Virus record (IMG/VR): IMGVR_UViG_3300045996_001187
Coordinates: 1-56,492 of that record
Source of the DNA: a virus
Lineage: Duplodnaviria; Caudoviricetes
Strand: one strand, 5' to 3'
DNA length: 56,492 bases
The stretch's first letter is position 1, and the number at the start of each line of letters is the position of its first letter. Under the pieces are notes generated by a model that worked only from the letters and a program-made list of their open reading frames with translations, had not been told where the DNA came from and made no database searches. Both the position numbers and the translations under genes were made by a program. Below are positions 54,876-56,492 of the stretch, piece by piece.

Positions 54876-55253
54876 ATGCCCGTCCTCACCATGTCATTGA
54901 ATCAGGCGCGTATCATTCGTCCAGGACGCATCTATTACCTGATTCAGCGCCACCAATGGATAAGCGGCAAAACCTACCACGAGGTCAGCACCGGCCCCCT
55001 CAGCCTCAATATGCCCGACTATCTGCGGACCCCATACAAAGCGTTCCATGCGCCTGTGGGACGACGATTGATGTGGGACGAGTATGCACTCGGTGCGGCG
55101 CGGGTCGTGTCTGTGGAAGGCGACGATGTTCATTATCGCGAGCTGTCGAGCACGGGGCCGGAAGTTTTGGAGTGGCTGGCCGGTCAGGGGCTGGAATTGG
55201 TAGGCTTGCGAACCGGTCTATTTTTTGTGCAAGATGTACCCGCCAGAGCGTGA
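54876..55253 (+). CDS. Hypothetical protein
   Basis: 125-aa ORF coupled to the downstream S24-like gene. Confidence 0.5.
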   Translation: MPVLTMSLNQARIIRPGRIYYLIQRHQWISGKTYHEVSTGPLSLNMPDYLRTPYKAFHAPVGRRLMWDEYALGAARVVSVEGDDVHYRELSSTGPEVLEWLAGQGLELVGLRTGLFFVQDVPARA

Positions 55254-55256
55254 CCC

Positions 55257-55598
55257 GTGGAGGTTGTGGGATATGATTGGAGGCCCGAAATCTGTTTGCC
55301 TGAAATGAACCCCGCGACGTGCTTCAACTATCAGCTCATGGACAACACATTCGCCCCTGAGCATCCCGCTGGCTCCTGGCTCTGCATCGACAAGGCGCTA
55401 GAGGTCGAAGACGGCGACACAGTTCTGGCGGCTATCGACGGTGAGATGTGGCTGGGCGAGCGGAAATGGGACGAAGACAAGAATAGTTACTGGCTACTAA
55501 GACCGGATGGGCAGAGGATTTGGCCGGCGTTGGAGTTTCGGGTTGTGGGTGTGGTGCGGTGGGAGGTTAACTGTCAATCCAGCGGTGACGCGAAGTAG
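55257..55598 (+). CDS. Stand-alone S24/LexA-C-like domain lacking the catalytic Ser/Lys
   Basis: MDNTFAP.HP.GS.L.ID....EDGD.VLA.IDGE...FRVVGVV. Confidence 0.6.
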   Translation: MEVVGYDWRPEICLPEMNPATCFNYQLMDNTFAPEHPAGSWLCIDKALEVEDGDTVLAAIDGEMWLGERKWDEDKNSYWLLRPDGQRIWPALEFRVVGVVRWEVNCQSSGDAK

Positions 55599-55791
55599 GA
55601 CGCTCAAGGCGCTCTGACGGGTCTGCCCAATGCTGATCGCACCACGCATAATAGCCGTCGCCTTGATAGCAGTATTTTTGCTCGATATAGGCGAACTCCA
55701 GCCATCGAGTCTCGCCGTCCAACTCCCAAGGCCATAGGAGGAAGACGCGTTTGATTCTTGTCTCACCTTCGGGGCGTCGAGTCCATTTCAT
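55567..55791 (-). CDS. Small phage protein (FLLWP..L.GETRWLE type)
   Basis: Recognisable motif. Confidence 0.6.
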   Translation of the reverse strand: MKWTRRPEGETRIKRVFLLWPWELDGETRWLEFAYIEQKYCYQGDGYYAWCDQHWADPSERLERPTSRHRWIDS

Positions 55792-55800
55792 AGCTTCGGT

Positions 55801-56163
55801 TCATCCTTTCGGAGCAATGGGCTGCGGCCACTTCCGCCGATTTGCCCTCATGTCTATATCGCCACCGCACTCCTTGCAGAGTTTATGCGCCATCGCGCAG
55901 TCAAGGCAGAGAGCGTCTGTAGCGGTCGATGGATAAATGCGAATAGCACCACAGCACATGCAGGGCTGGCTTCTCGTAACAGCGCACCCTTGGCGTCCGT
56001 CGCGATAGAAGCACGCGATACACTTGCATGCGTGGAGCCTCTCAATCTTTCTAGAATCGCACTCCATTTGCCGCGCTTTATCTATAGCGGCCTCAACGCA
56101 TTGCTTGGCAAAAAAGGACGCCTGAGCCATTGTTACGGGGTCCATTACTTTGGTGCATTTCAT
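55801..56163 (-). CDS. Cys-rich zinc-binding phage protein
   Basis: Several CxxC motifs; LCKECGGDI. Confidence 0.7.
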   Translation of the reverse strand: MKCTKVMDPVTMAQASFFAKQCVEAAIDKARQMECDSRKIERLHACKCIACFYRDGRQGCAVTRSQPCMCCGAIRIYPSTATDALCLDCAMAHKLCKECGGDIDMRANRRKWPQPIAPKG

Positions 56164-56366
56164 AATTCCTCTCCATCCTGGGGCAAGGGGGCAGGGGCCG
56201 TGCGGGTGTTCCATTTTTCAGGCAACGACTTTTTATCGGCTGCAACCGGTCCATCTGCCCAGCAGTCAAGGCATTTATAAAACGGCTTAAAATGCAGGTT
56301 CGTTTTACGGAATTGTAAGTTCCTGCCGCCACAAAACGGACACGGCAATAATTCAGTCTCCATCAT
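56160..56366 (-). CDS. Lar-like restriction alleviation zinc-ribbon protein
   Basis: LLPCPFCGG...C..C...WNTR. Confidence 0.75.
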   Translation of the reverse strand: MMETELLPCPFCGGRNLQFRKTNLHFKPFYKCLDCWADGPVAADKKSLPEKWNTRTAPAPLPQDGEEL

Positions 56367-56492
56367 TCTCTCCTTCCAGCGTGCCATGCTCGGCAATAGT
56401 TAGCGGCTACGGAATGGCACGGTATTCTGTTACAGAGTGGCCGTTCAGAATAGCTTGCCTTTTCTCTAAATACCCCTTATTGCACAATGAAT
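56366..56492. repeat. Terminal 127-bp direct repeat, copy 2
   Basis: Identical to 1-127. Confidence 0.95.

Larger units (their letters stand above)
1..56365. mobile_element. Complete temperate siphovirus-like phage-plasmid genome
   Basis: Terminase, portal, capsid, tail, lysis and replication modules plus parA/parB/rep; no integrase recognised; circular assembly. Confidence 0.85.

Noticed and set aside
54767-55276. Alternative 169-aa Cys-rich + strand ORF
   Set aside because: Low-complexity Pro/Arg-rich composition; the 54876 frame is more protein-like and coupled to the next gene

Overview
The window is a complete, circularly assembled ~56.4 kb temperate tailed phage with a siphovirus-type tail. 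Bases 1-127 repeat exactly at 56366-56492. It appears to lysogenise as a plasmid. I see no integrase, resolvase or protelomerase. Instead there is a + strand cassette of an RHH/S24 repressor, parA, parB, an origin-like spacer, an initiator with internal iterons and a dif-like site. The minus strand carries three blocks. The first is early and replication genes: ERF, HNH, methyltransferases, an O-like initiator with iterons, DnaB, RusA and a macrodomain. The second is lysis. The third is packaging, head and tail genes, including a -1 frameshifted tail chaperone. A moron island splits the tail-fibre genes and holds an sRNA, a methyltransferase, a membrane protein and a GT-C glycosyltransferase. 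The most unusual signals are: (i) a ~580 nt structured non-coding leader of the late operon containing a tRNA-like domain whose anticodon loop is replaced by a long insertion; (ii) at least six accessory genes each bounded by its own 12-19 bp direct repeat that duplicates the RBS or stop/start junction; (iii) a ribbon-helix-helix CI-like repressor plus a separate, apparently catalytically dead S24 domain; (iv) a dif-like site and a G-quadruplex motif in the plasmid replicon. The host cannot be determined from sequence alone; a Terrabacteria lineage such as Armatimonadota is only a guess. All protein calls come from motif recognition by eye, with no database searches.
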